Of a DNA stretch of 64,000 nucleotides, positions 63,351-64,000 are shown one piece after another. The notes under the pieces are model-generated. The model did no database searches. It saw nothing but the letters and a program-made list of their open reading frames with translations, and was not told the origin of the DNA. The position numbers and the translations under genes are program-made. Location of the stretch: contig CM052816.1 in the NCBI GenBank assembly GCA_028534125.1, positions 100,690,001 through 100,754,000 of the forward strand, given 5' to 3'. The stretch comes from Lama glama (taxonomy: Eukaryota). Each line of letters starts with the position of its first letter. The stretch's first letter is position 1.

Positions 63351-64000
63351 CTTTCCCACTTCCCCTCCCCATGCTTTCCTGCGCGTTGAGCTTGAAGAAC
63401 CAGCACAAGGGCCCCTGCTCGGGAGGCCCTGAGCTGGTGAGTCTTTGTGCAGAAGGATGAGCTCTTTGTGGCTGCTCTCTTAGTGTCTGGACAGAGGTGA
63501 CCACTGCAGAGAGTCCCACGAAGGCCAGGGCCCAGGCCCCATGTGGCCTGGGGGTCCTCATCCCTTGGGCCGCTGACCTGACCGCCAGAACCCTAATCTG
63601 ACCTTTCTCTTGCGTCAAGTGATTCACTCTGCAAGCCCCAGGACCACCACCGCCTGTGCAGGGCCCCTGGAGGTGACGTTCCCGCAGGAGGACCCTGGCC
63701 CCACAGCCAGGAAGGTGGGACAGGAAGCCGGGACCGCTCTGCTTGGGAGACCCTGCTCATGCTGTAAATTCTCAAAACTGAGGCCCAGGCAAGGGGTCCC
63801 ACCCAGGGAGGGACATGATGGGCAGTTTCACAGGCTGACGAGCTGCCACCACATAGGAGTTAAGATGTTTTACCTACGAAACGGCTACATGATGATTTGT
63901 TAAGCAAATATCAAAGATACGCACACAGGCGCCAGAGGGAGTGCTTTCGGGGCTTCTATTTACAAATTTTTAATTACATCTTCTGTTTGAATTGGTTCTC

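Overview
Mammalian nuclear DNA, very probably camelid (camel/llama/alpaca): two tRNA-derived SINEs resemble the camelid vic-1 type and the young L1 3' ends are cetartiodactyl-type. The window is GC- and CpG-rich, as in distal or subtelomeric chromosome arms. I find no credible protein-coding exon, RNA gene or CRISPR array; the long ORFs are explained by high GC content, simple repeats or L1 relics. Recognisable content: (i) old and young transposon relics (L1, L2, MLT1/MLT2, LTR16, MER31, a MER41-like LTR, MER2, MER5, MER63, SINEs), (ii) simple and G-rich repeats, (iii) a CpG island near 28.5-29.3 kb, and (iv) about eight AT-rich, repeat-free patches dense in homeodomain, PBX-HOX, MEIS, SOX and POU motifs. 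The overall pattern suggests the regulatory desert or long intron of a developmental gene (inference; locus not identified). Most notable observations: repeated PBX-HOX/MEIS motif pairs, a twin-primed (5'-inverted) L1, an orphan L1 5'UTR fragment inside an older L1, locally variable AT-to-GC erosion of sister transposon copies, and a candidate recursive splice site. I see no evidence for a novel protein-coding system. All repeat family names come from recalled consensus sequences, not a database search, and boundaries are approximate.
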